DNA of 63,423 nt, the filler included. It is 4 parts of 4 records of this genome, joined end to end, with 100 filler letters (N's around TTAATTAATTAA, not from the genome) between each part and the next. Parts side by side here need not be neighbours in the genome. Positions count along the whole stretch, not along the records: positions 27,901 to 53,203 come from SRR20825010_893; positions 53,304 to 58,018 come from SRR20825010_922; 2 more parts are not named here. The stretch is one strand, 5' to 3'. How positions within the stretch are numbered: position 1 is the first letter of the stretch; every line of letters begins with the position of its first letter. The translations under genes were made by a program, and so were the position numbers. This document shows, one piece after another, positions 45,773-54,876 of this stretch. Under the pieces are notes generated by a model. The model saw only the letters and a list, made by a program, of their open reading frames with translations. It had not been told where the DNA came from and did no database searches.

Positions 45773-47404
45773 CTACGGGCTCAGCATGACGATCAACAGA
45801 GCCATCAACACCACCAGTGAAACGCACGTCAGCAGAACTTTACCAGCGCCCGTGGAATCGCCTGCTTGCTGTTTGCCGGCGTTGGCTTTATCAATCGCTG
45901 CCCGTTCTTTCAAAAAATGCCGAAAGTCAGCCAGTAGCTGGGTATTGGAAGTGCGGGCGCCCTGATACCACGTTTCCGGAAACTCAATGCCCTCCACCGG
46001 AACAACAAGCGACCAACACATGGACGCAAACGGTACGCTGCCATTAATGAGCAACGAATCCCTGCCCGGAATCCCGCGGGGCAAGTCTCCTGCCATTACG
46101 TCTCGTCGTTCAAGCGCTTCACATACATAACCCTCTGGCACTTCACCATGAACAAGAACCGGTAGTTTGTGGGGACCACAAGCCATACTCGCCAAAAAGG
46201 GGAAATGAGGGTTGTGGTAGTTCGGAACAAACAAACGCTTCAGGTTATCTGGCCGAAAAGGTATAGCTGGGTAAAACTGCCCTGGTACCAGAGACAAGGG
46301 CTCAACAGGATCCCTGCCCGTCCAGAACAGCACCCAGGCAATATGGCGAACCAGATGACATCGGAGGCTATCGGGCATTGGATAACTTCCAACCTCCGAT
46401 GGCAGATTAATCTGTTCGGAAAAATCCTCCACCGGCAGGCCAGATCCTCCCAATGGCAGCAACCAATCCGGGTGATCCATAAAGCGGATCTGATACTTGC
46501 GAGCTTCCACCCACAGCATATCCGCGTCACTGTCATCATCCCGGTCTGAAACCGCCTTACCCTCGACCACCTCCAACTGGAGCCGCTTGCAGTCTGGCAT
46601 CACCTGGTTATTTACGGCGCGCTCCAGATCGAAGAAGGATGCCAGCAACTCGCTGCTGACCATGGAAGACTCAGGCTTATAAGAATCCTCAATTTCCGTA
46701 CTGCTGTTTTCATCAGACAAAGTAGCCAACGCAGAGAAATCATAAACCGGCTGATTCCAGTGGTCGAACAGCGCTTGCTCCTCAGGGAGCAACTGGCTGC
46801 GGCCTTTCACACTATCAATCAGGGTTGTATCTTCACTCAGCAAAAAACCGCGCTCGTCCTCGTAAACAAGCATGACTTCCGGTGTGCCTGACACCTCGCC
46901 ACCAGAAATGGCACTGACACGCCATTTCTGCGCCTTCATTGCTTCGGTACCGTCCACGCCACTTTGCTGCAGACTGAGCACTTCGGATTCGTAAAGACAG
47001 TCATCGCCCCGCCGATTCTTGCCAATGGCTTTCATACCCAGAAAGCTCATCAACGACTCGTTCATGATGACTTCTTCACCGAGCCACGAAAGCCATGCAC
47101 CCAGCATATATGCATTTCTCGCAAGCTCTTTCAACGGTACAGGCTTGATGAATAAATCGGCATTCTCCGGCGCCTCGAAGTCTGTCAATGCTGCCCTCAA
47201 TCCAACCGGATCAGGGCTTGCCAAAAAGGTCTGGTTGCCATGGACTTCAAGCAACATCGGCAACTCTAACGCTTCTCCTTTTTTCACAAACACCGTGTGG
47301 AAAATGATATCCCGCCAGTCCCGAATCAGACTGAGGTAATCCTTTTGATTCATTAGTTCAACTAACTCCGCGCCGGTTGGCGCAGCACTATCTTCCCTGA
47401 TCAC
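45773..47404 (-). CDS. Hypothetical 543-aa protein with a C-terminal membrane anchor
   Basis: Long ORF with GGAGG RBS and terminal hydrophobic helix. Confidence 0.75.
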   Translation of the reverse strand: MIREDSAAPTGAELVELMNQKDYLSLIRDWRDIIFHTVFVKKGEALELPMLLEVHGNQTFLASPDPVGLRAALTDFEAPENADLFIKPVPLKELARNAYMLGAWLSWLGEEVIMNESLMSFLGMKAIGKNRRGDDCLYESEVLSLQQSGVDGTEAMKAQKWRVSAISGGEVSGTPEVMLVYEDERGFLLSEDTTLIDSVKGRSQLLPEEQALFDHWNQPVYDFSALATLSDENSSTEIEDSYKPESSMVSSELLASFFDLERAVNNQVMPDCKRLQLEVVEGKAVSDRDDDSDADMLWVEARKYQIRFMDHPDWLLPLGGSGLPVEDFSEQINLPSEVGSYPMPDSLRCHLVRHIAWVLFWTGRDPVEPLSLVPGQFYPAIPFRPDNLKRLFVPNYHNPHFPFLASMACGPHKLPVLVHGEVPEGYVCEALERRDVMAGDLPRGIPGRDSLLINGSVPFASMCWSLVVPVEGIEFPETWYQGARTSNTQLLADFRHFLKERAAIDKANAGKQQAGDSTGAGKVLLTCVSLVVLMALLIVMLSP

Positions 47405-47546
47405 CCTGGCTTCCTCCCTTTAAACAAAAGCCAACCTGCTTACATCAATACGGACAAGCACACTCAAGTTGATGCATCACGACATCTACTTTAACCACTC
47501 TGCATGTGGGATCAGGCAGATTCCGTTCGTTGTAATCAGATACCGC

Positions 47547-48521
47547 CTAAACCATGGCCCCCTGGGCCAGGTTGGGAACGCTTTTCTCCATCCGGTCTTC
47601 CAGCGTCGACCAGGGGAACTCCCGAATCTTCTTCAGGTGCGCTGGGTAACCTTCTTCCTCCCACCATGCCAGGTCCAGCGTCGCCCAATAGTTTGCGGGA
47701 CACCCGCGCTTGCCCGCTGCATCATACTCCGCTGTGGTGGGGTCCAGTGGGCGGAACTTCTCAAGGGCAGGAACATCTGGCAAGGGCTGGCTGACGTCCA
47801 TGTAGCGCTGGAGTTCATCCCAGTGCGCATACAGCTCAACTTTGTGGATATCCGCCACTTGGGCCACGGTGGTTTGCCAACCGGTGTAACGGTGACGCAG
47901 GAGCAGCTTGTAGCTCACCGGCCCCTTGGGGTTCACATGAAACGAGATGTAGGGATCAAACTCGATAAATGGCGCTTCAAAGGTTTCTTCACGCCAAGTA
48001 CGAAACTTCACCATGCCGGTAGGCCGGAAGAAACCGCACCCCAAGTCCTTGACGATGAGTCCAGGATAACGTTCGAGGAACCAGGTGAAGGGGTAACGGA
48101 AAAACAGGTGAAGACCGACCACCACTAACGTCATTACCGAATAGCTTTCAAATTTGATGATGGTCGCTATATCTGCCACTACAGAACAGAACAACATAAA
48201 TTTGAGCATCCCATAGTCAGCAAAAGCCCCTGCGAACATCAACAGGAGCTGCCAACGAGTTTTCACAAATTCTGCGGGTTGTTGCTTGTGAGTCCAGGCC
48301 GGTCCGGCAACATTCTTGTTAGAGGACCCGTTCATCCTCGACTTGTGGATTCTCGCAGAGTTCGGAGACATGCTGACATTAAGACAGGCATAATCGCCCC
48401 AAGACAATCGCTCAACGAAGTCCCCCGCCTCCAAGGACTTGGCAAACCCACTGATGTCCTTCAGAGGAGCCTGCTCGGGAATAGCATCTCGACGATAGGC
48501 GCCTGACACATAAGTGGCCAT
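47547..48521 (-). CDS. Putative T6SS immunity membrane protein
   Basis: Directly downstream of the effector; central TM helices; WDELQRYMDVSQPLPDVP motif. Confidence 0.7.
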   Translation of the reverse strand: MATYVSGAYRRDAIPEQAPLKDISGFAKSLEAGDFVERLSWGDYACLNVSMSPNSARIHKSRMNGSSNKNVAGPAWTHKQQPAEFVKTRWQLLLMFAGAFADYGMLKFMLFCSVVADIATIIKFESYSVMTLVVVGLHLFFRYPFTWFLERYPGLIVKDLGCGFFRPTGMVKFRTWREETFEAPFIEFDPYISFHVNPKGPVSYKLLLRHRYTGWQTTVAQVADIHKVELYAHWDELQRYMDVSQPLPDVPALEKFRPLDPTTAEYDAAGKRGCPANYWATLDLAWWEEEGYPAHLKKIREFPWSTLEDRMEKSVPNLAQGAMV

Positions 48522-48528
48522 TGGTTCG

Positions 48529-51500
48529 TTACCGGCTTGCATGATGTTTGATGTCCAGGTCGGTGAGCTGTTCGCTGACTTCCCGAATCGTATAGGTTTC
48601 CTGCTGACGATCCCAGACCTTGACCTGGAAGGTGAGTTCCAGGCTTTTCACCGAGTAGCGCGTTGTCACGTATTCGTGATTGTGCTCGTTCGGAACCATT
48701 TCCGGGAGCTGGGCCTCCGACACCACGAAATGGATAGTATGGTTGCCGTCGAATCGGTGGTCGACGTGGCGGGTATTGCCACTCCTGGAGGCAAGTGTCT
48801 TCGTACCGGCCCGGCCAAGCGCCTGGTAATGGGTGCGTTCATATTCCAGTTCCCATTCGATGGTTACCGGCTCGCCCGAGATGGCTAACGCCGGTGCGGA
48901 AAAGGAAAACACGGATTCTGCCGCGCTCTGCCAAGGCGACAGGTCATTCTCCTGCAGAAAGCTATCTAGCCCGGCCCCGGTTACCCTCGTTATCGAAAGG
49001 GGCATCATGGATTTAAGGAGCCCCAGGTATGCGGCATCCTCTTCCAGTAGTTCCGGGCGTTGATCTTCCAGGTTTCCCGAGAACGGGCCTCCCCGCAACC
49101 AGTTACTGAGAGCATCGTCCTTGATTTCGTAATACAGCCATTCACCCAACCCATAGATTCCCAGGCCGATGACTGTTACCCAGCCAGCGCTGATCGTACC
49201 TCCCCAGCCTACCGCCGTAGCGGCCCTGGATAGCAGCACCGTCGCCACAGCCCGCTCGCCGGTACGGTGTACCAATTGACGCCCCATGGGGGTGAGTATA
49301 CGGCCGGCAATAACGTCGGAATTGGTCATGACTCCCACGCCCAGCGCCTTGGTCAGGTCGGCTGAGGCCAGCTTCAGGCGCCCCTGGAACGCGCTGGCTG
49401 CAGCATCCCAAATCATAATGGAGACAGTAAACATACCCGCTACCCAGCCTGCTGCCTGTAATTTGTTACGGACAACAGCTTGGGCAAACTTATTTTCCGA
49501 ATTGAAGCTACCAGACATTCTGGAAAACCACTTGGCTTCCTGTTTCCAGGTGCCAACCTGTGTGTCGAGCCAAGCAGTTCTTTTCGGCAAAACAGACACT
49601 AGCTGCCCGGAACTGACAAGTAGATCAGATAAAGCACTCATAACCCCTGCACCATAACGTACCCCGCCTCCAGAATACTTAACTGCATTCCAGAAGTTGA
49701 ATACATCTAGCACCACCAAAAACGGCGGCAACCCTATCGGGCTCACCGAAGCCGTATGGAAAAACTGACCAACAGGGCGCCGCCTCACCACTTCATCAAA
49801 AGCCTGGCTGTCAGCCAGTCTCAGTGTTGCACCCACCGCGGCACCGGAAGTCAGGGTGTTCCCCTGTTCATCCACCACATCGAGCAGCGTATAAAGCTTG
49901 CCATCCTCGGCACTGTTCAACTGAAGGGTGGTTTTTCCCGGTATGGCGGCTTCAGCGAAGCCTTCGAATGCCCCTTTCACTTGGCTGACTTTGGCTTCAA
50001 AGGCAACGCCTTTCTTCAGGAGGGTTTCCTGCACACCACCGAGCCACCATTGACTGAGTTCCGCGAAGGGCGCGGACAGCGCGTGCATGCCGAAGCGGGT
50101 ATCCGAGAACATTTCCGAAAAGTCAGGCGCACTGGTTTTATCAAAATGCTCGGCAAGGCTGCGCAGTACGTTGGCCTCGGCCACTCGCATGGGTTGTTGA
50201 CGGTCTTGGAGTGCGCTGACCATGGTACGGAGCTTTTCACCGGTGGCGTCGCCGGGCAATGCTTCCGACGGGTCTTTGAAAGGCAACAGCAGCGCCGCCA
50301 ATGCGTGCTCACCCACCATCAGGGATTCGTTAAGCGCCTCCGCGCCGCTGGCTTTCATCCGGCCCGCATCCTGGGGCAACAGCAGCGGGTCTGCTCTTCC
50401 TACCGGCATGGTCAGGACCTGGAGCAGCGGGCCGGCTTGAACGTATCCGGCTACATCGTTACCGGCCTCGGCATTGAAGAGATCACGCAGCGTTTCCGTC
50501 AGGTTTTCAGCGCGTGTGTCTTCCAGCAGGCGTACAACCGCGCCCTGGGCCTCGATCAGGTAGCGGCGCAGGGCGGCGCGTTCCACCTCATAGACGGTAC
50601 GCAGCAGGCGCCCGTCTTCACTGTCATCCAGCCGATTGTCAAACCAGCTCCCCTCTATGCACAGGGGGTTTCTGGAGCCGTCCGGCAGCACCTCTCGCCG
50701 GAAATTATTATGAAACAATTCCGCCGTGACCCCGTGGGGCCGCTTCTTGATGTTGTCCACCAACGCCAGTAGAAACGCCAGGCTTTCATTCATGTGCTGA
50801 ACCAGGTGCCTGGCCGCAAACAGCGGGTCCCGCAATGTCAGGGATAACAGGTGGCGGTTACGCAGGGTTTCGAATACATCCACGCCTTCGGCAATCTCCG
50901 GCAGCGCTTCTCCTTTCAGGTGCAGGTATCGCCAGCGGGGGACCAGCATTTGCGGGTAGATATCCATGTCGGCATCAACAACAGCCTCATCGGATTCAAT
51001 GGCGTCCCGCTGGGTGACAATTTCATCCATCGTTCTCTGGGTGTCGCTGCCATCGATATCACGCAGCCATTGGTTCGGCATGAAAATGTCCCGCTCCAGC
51101 GGGTTGTCCCGGGCACGCATGGGAACAAGTTCGTCAACCCTGTGCCAGTCAGGGAACATGCCTCCGGGTATCCGATCCAGGAAACCCTTTATGGCGCGGG
51201 CATTACGGCAACGGCTGCCACGGAGCGAGTCGTCGCTTTCCAATGCTTCGATGTGCTGCCAGGACCACTGGGTATCGCTGAATGCCAGCTCCACCTCATC
51301 GTATACGTCCTGGCCAAGCAACCGGGCAGGTATGTGCACCGTGTCCACTTCGGGGCCTACGGGAGGCCGTTCATTCCTGTCTTCATCGCCAGCCTTTCGG
51401 AATCGTGCCAGATCCGTATCCCGCAGTAACGGCGCCGATTCCTCAGCGGTGACCACAAACAGTTCGCGCCACAGGCGCCCTTGGAAAAAGACGTACACCC

Positions 51501-51927
51501 ACCCGGTTCGCAGCGGCGCCGCCACACTTTCCTCATAACCGGTCACGGGGCGTGGGTAGCTCAGTTCGCCAGCGTCACAGAACACGGTGGGGTGTACCGC
51601 CACCATTAGGCTGTCCTGGAAATTCCTCTGGGGAGGCCGGAGCGTTACAGGCGCGATCTGTTCCTGATCTACCACAGGCACCACGACTTTTTCATCGCCA
51701 TGGAGTTCCAGGACCAAGGACCGTTGCGCAGGTGCTTCTGCATGGCCGGCCAGAATGGGTCCCATTCGCCCACGGTGATCGGCGCAGGGCTCCATTGGCT
51801 CTGGAGAAGAATTCTCCGCTTCGTGGTCCAGCAAACAGTAATGGTGCCCGTCCAGGGAATCCTCCCCAACCAGTTCCAGCCAAAAGGTGCGCGACGGTGT
51901 GCAGGGTGGTGGCTTAATGGCTGACAT
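48529..51927 (-). CDS. T6SS effector with MIX-like motif and C-terminal hydrophobic (VasX-like pore-forming) region
   Basis: PLRTGWVYVFFQGRLWRE; Gly/Ala-rich hydrophobic helices in the C-terminal third; follows vgrG-DUF4123. Confidence 0.8.
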   Translation of the reverse strand: MSAIKPPPCTPSRTFWLELVGEDSLDGHHYCLLDHEAENSSPEPMEPCADHRGRMGPILAGHAEAPAQRSLVLELHGDEKVVVPVVDQEQIAPVTLRPPQRNFQDSLMVAVHPTVFCDAGELSYPRPVTGYEESVAAPLRTGWVYVFFQGRLWRELFVVTAEESAPLLRDTDLARFRKAGDEDRNERPPVGPEVDTVHIPARLLGQDVYDEVELAFSDTQWSWQHIEALESDDSLRGSRCRNARAIKGFLDRIPGGMFPDWHRVDELVPMRARDNPLERDIFMPNQWLRDIDGSDTQRTMDEIVTQRDAIESDEAVVDADMDIYPQMLVPRWRYLHLKGEALPEIAEGVDVFETLRNRHLLSLTLRDPLFAARHLVQHMNESLAFLLALVDNIKKRPHGVTAELFHNNFRREVLPDGSRNPLCIEGSWFDNRLDDSEDGRLLRTVYEVERAALRRYLIEAQGAVVRLLEDTRAENLTETLRDLFNAEAGNDVAGYVQAGPLLQVLTMPVGRADPLLLPQDAGRMKASGAEALNESLMVGEHALAALLLPFKDPSEALPGDATGEKLRTMVSALQDRQQPMRVAEANVLRSLAEHFDKTSAPDFSEMFSDTRFGMHALSAPFAELSQWWLGGVQETLLKKGVAFEAKVSQVKGAFEGFAEAAIPGKTTLQLNSAEDGKLYTLLDVVDEQGNTLTSGAAVGATLRLADSQAFDEVVRRRPVGQFFHTASVSPIGLPPFLVVLDVFNFWNAVKYSGGGVRYGAGVMSALSDLLVSSGQLVSVLPKRTAWLDTQVGTWKQEAKWFSRMSGSFNSENKFAQAVVRNKLQAAGWVAGMFTVSIMIWDAAASAFQGRLKLASADLTKALGVGVMTNSDVIAGRILTPMGRQLVHRTGERAVATVLLSRAATAVGWGGTISAGWVTVIGLGIYGLGEWLYYEIKDDALSNWLRGGPFSGNLEDQRPELLEEDAAYLGLLKSMMPLSITRVTGAGLDSFLQENDLSPWQSAAESVFSFSAPALAISGEPVTIEWELEYERTHYQALGRAGTKTLASRSGNTRHVDHRFDGNHTIHFVVSEAQLPEMVPNEHNHEYVTTRYSVKSLELTFQVKVWDRQQETYTIREVSEQLTDLDIKHHASR

Positions 51928-51929
51928 TG

Positions 51930-52715
51930 CTAAAGTCCTTTTTCATGTAGTCCGTGGAATTCCAGTTCCGCGTGTTGCCACAGTGCGCCTAGCTCGGCAT
52001 CCGATTCGGGACACTTGTGGCCAGCAGACCACAATTCACGAATAATTCGGATTCGATAACTTGGCGTGTGTTGTTGATTCGCGATGGCCATGCATCGGGG
52101 CCAACCACTTACCCATGTCAACAGCCTTTCAAAGGAGCTTGGCTGGTGAGCGTGCAACCCCTCTGTTTCCGTGCTGGCTCCCCTTGCGCTCGACCAATGC
52201 GTTCCTTCCCCGTGACTAGTGGCCCAGATCAGTAGATCATCTTTGCCGATCAGGCTGCCCACTGCTTCGGGCAGGCAGGTATTCAGAACTTCGAGAAAAC
52301 GCCCATCATACGGCCGCACGAAACAAGGGCCGTAGGTTTCGAAATGGATCATCAAGCTTTTGCGAATACCCGCCAGTGCTGAGTCCTGTTCACGTTCTGA
52401 CACCAGGATGCCCAATGCCTCATCAGGCCCCCATTGGGATACGGCACGCTGACAAAGCACGCTGTTGAGGGTTGTCTTAACAACAATGGGGCCGGCGTCC
52501 TTATGCTGTTCAAAAGGCGTTTCGTCGAATAACCAGAACCAATCGGGGTTGTCGTCCAACGCGTAGACATGCCCGATCGCATCCCCTTTATCATATCTTG
52601 CCGCGTCGATGATTAGCAGGCAGCGCTCCCCGAGTGCCACCCGAGAATCTTTGAGAGTCTGATCAAAACCCACCGAAGACTCCGGTTTATCCAACGCAAG
52701 GGCAGTTAACGACAT
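51930..52715 (-). CDS. DUF4123 T6SS adaptor/chaperone
   Basis: LIIDAA, LFDETP...GPIVV and RPYDGR motifs; between vgrG and the effector. Confidence 0.85.
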   Translation of the reverse strand: MSLTALALDKPESSVGFDQTLKDSRVALGERCLLIIDAARYDKGDAIGHVYALDDNPDWFWLFDETPFEQHKDAGPIVVKTTLNSVLCQRAVSQWGPDEALGILVSEREQDSALAGIRKSLMIHFETYGPCFVRPYDGRFLEVLNTCLPEAVGSLIGKDDLLIWATSHGEGTHWSSARGASTETEGLHAHQPSSFERLLTWVSGWPRCMAIANQQHTPSYRIRIIRELWSAGHKCPESDAELGALWQHAELEFHGLHEKGL

Positions 52716-53203
52716 CGCAGGTTCCATCCACTTTCTTCTGGCACATTTGCTGTGCCGGTGTTCGGTCAGATGCTGCCGTCAAGAGTGCATCCGGACTGAT
52801 TTGCGAGGCACCAGCATTCGCCCGCTGGCCAACATCTGCAATCTCAGCAGGCGCAACAGCCCCACCATTCTTCTCCACCAACCCCGGCATTTCCGGCACC
52901 TGAACCTTCTGCCCACTGCCCTTGCCCGGCGATCCACCGGCATTCAGCTTGATGGCGGCGCCGCCCATGGCGACACCGCTGGGATCGATCTTTACGAAAC
53001 TGCCGCCGGCCTTGAGGGTGATTTCCGCACCCGCTTCGATGACGGCTTTCTGGCCGGCCTTGATGTGCAGTTCGGTACCGGAGTCGCTGAGCCAGGCGGT
53101 GCCGGCTTTCAGGTGCAGGGTGCCGGTGACGTTGAAGCTGTGGTCCTTGCCGGTTTGTTCCCGTTTCTCACCGTCCACGGTGGCGTGGTCATTGCCCTTG
53201 ATG
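52687..53203 (-). CDS. vgrG: VgrG C-terminal part (partial)
   Basis: ELHIKAGQKAVIEAGAEITLKAGGSFVKIDPSGV...LNAGGSPGKGSG. Confidence 0.92.
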
Positions 53204-53303
53204 NNNNNNNNNNNNNNNNNNNNNNNNNNNNNNNNNNNNNNNNNNNNTTAATTAATTAANNNNNNNNNNNNNNNNNNNNNNNNNNNNNNNNNNNNNNNNN
53301 NNN
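53204..53303. other. Artificial contig spacer
   Basis: N run with TTAATTAATTAA. Confidence 0.99.
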
Positions 53304-53325
53304 TACGCCTGAACGGCGTCGCTCG

Positions 53326-53481
53326 ACCTCTCCACAAACTTCGTTTCGGGAGAGGTGCGACATGTGGAATGTCGTTAACAAGCGATACCAAAAACGCACA
53401 ACCTCCTTGTTCAGGGAGGGTGAATTTCACCTCGCGAGCATGGCATCCTAGAACGGCATCGCCCTTTCATGGGAGAGGCGA
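53326..53481. repeat. Degenerate CCTCTCC...GGAGAGG palindromes (REP-like)
   Basis: ACCTCTCC...GGAGAGGT at 53326-53356 and two weaker copies near 53401-53421 and 53459-53480. Confidence 0.5.
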
Positions 53482-53500
53482 CGAACGAGTCTATTTCGCC

Positions 53501-54793
53501 CTAATTATCAGACTTCGGTGGGAACGAGTCGCTGGTGGCGATCCCTCGGTCCAGAACCCAGACGTTGCGGAAACGGACCGGGTCCGAGTGATCTTGAAAC
53601 AACGTCGGCAATGGAATCGCTTGCTCTGCTTTGCCGGCACCGGTTGGACCTGGCAAAGCGACGTTGTCTTGCACTTTCACACCGTTGACCCACGAGGTCA
53701 CGTGAGCGGGACGCAGCTTCTTGCCATTGGCCCCAAACCGTGCGGCGGTGAAGCGGATGTCATAGGTCTGCCAAGTGAGTGGTGGGAACGCCATGTTCAA
53801 ACGCGGTGGCTTGAACCGGTAGAGTGCACCCAGGCCGTTGAAGACTCGATCGGTACCAAACGAATCGAGGATTTGACACTCGTAACGGCTTTGCAAGTAG
53901 ACGCCGCTGTTGCCGCGTTGTTGACCTTGTTTACCGGGCATGTGTGGAATTCGGAATTCCAAGTGCAGGTCAAAGTCGTTGAGCAACCAATTGACGTTGG
54001 CACCCTGAGCGAGCAAGCCTTCTTCAGCGATCCGAGCCTTTGTGAATTGATCTGTGTTCTCGCCGTTGAAGAGCACGAGTGCATCCTTTGGCGGTTGAGC
54101 ACCCATCGTGGGGCTGGTGCGGATCACGCGGGGCAATTCACCGAGTGAGTCACCTTCGAAATTGATCAAGCGACATTTCTCGGGACCAGCGAACAATGCC
54201 CAGGGGCCACCGGACAGGACCAGGATTTCACCGTTACGGCGTCCGATCAGCCGGAGCTGGGTCGCCTCGTCGAATTTCTCATCGCCGGGAAGTCCACCTT
54301 CGTACGCGAGGGCTTCGAACTCACCCGAACCGAGGGCTCGAATCTGGATTCCGAATCGTTGATTGGTGGCTTCGGTGGAGGCGTCCGAGTCGTCGGTTTT
54401 TGTTTCGGTTTGAATGGAAACGTCGCCGGCGTATTCGCCAATCAGTTGGAAGTCGACCGCGGCCGGGCCATCGGTGGGTGGCAAGGTCCATACACCCTTT
54501 TCGACCCAAGTCGGATCAGGTTTGGGCTCGGACGGTTGTTCTTCGGATGGTTCTGCGGCTTCTTGTTTCGGGGCGTCTGCCGCCTTGTCGGTCATCTTTT
54601 CTTCGTTCGACTCGTCCGCCTTCGAATCGGCTGGTTTGTCCTCGGATTTGGAGTCGTCCGACTTCGTTGCAGCCGCGGAGTCCTTTTCTTGTGCCGACAC
54701 TGTCTGTGGCGCCAGCGACACCGTCAGGCACAGAGCGAGCAAACCCGTGAAAACGCGTGGGGTTGGGGTCGCGAGAAATTTGCGAAATGACAT
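53501..54793 (-). CDS. Secreted DUF1080 (3-keto-disaccharide hydrolase-like) protein
   Basis: Signal peptide, acidic linker, LHLEF, GNSGVYLQSRYECQILDS, WQTYDI and QDH...VRFRNVW. Confidence 0.9.
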   Translation of the reverse strand: MSFRKFLATPTPRVFTGLLALCLTVSLAPQTVSAQEKDSAAATKSDDSKSEDKPADSKADESNEEKMTDKAADAPKQEAAEPSEEQPSEPKPDPTWVEKGVWTLPPTDGPAAVDFQLIGEYAGDVSIQTETKTDDSDASTEATNQRFGIQIRALGSGEFEALAYEGGLPGDEKFDEATQLRLIGRRNGEILVLSGGPWALFAGPEKCRLINFEGDSLGELPRVIRTSPTMGAQPPKDALVLFNGENTDQFTKARIAEEGLLAQGANVNWLLNDFDLHLEFRIPHMPGKQGQQRGNSGVYLQSRYECQILDSFGTDRVFNGLGALYRFKPPRLNMAFPPLTWQTYDIRFTAARFGANGKKLRPAHVTSWVNGVKVQDNVALPGPTGAGKAEQAIPLPTLFQDHSDPVRFRNVWVLDRGIATSDSFPPKSDN

Positions 54794-54876
54794 ACTCGAA
54801 CGGGTCTCGTGCTTTCGGGGATGGTGGGCAGTCTGGGGGGAGGAGACATTTTAATTCAATTGTGAATGGATGCATC

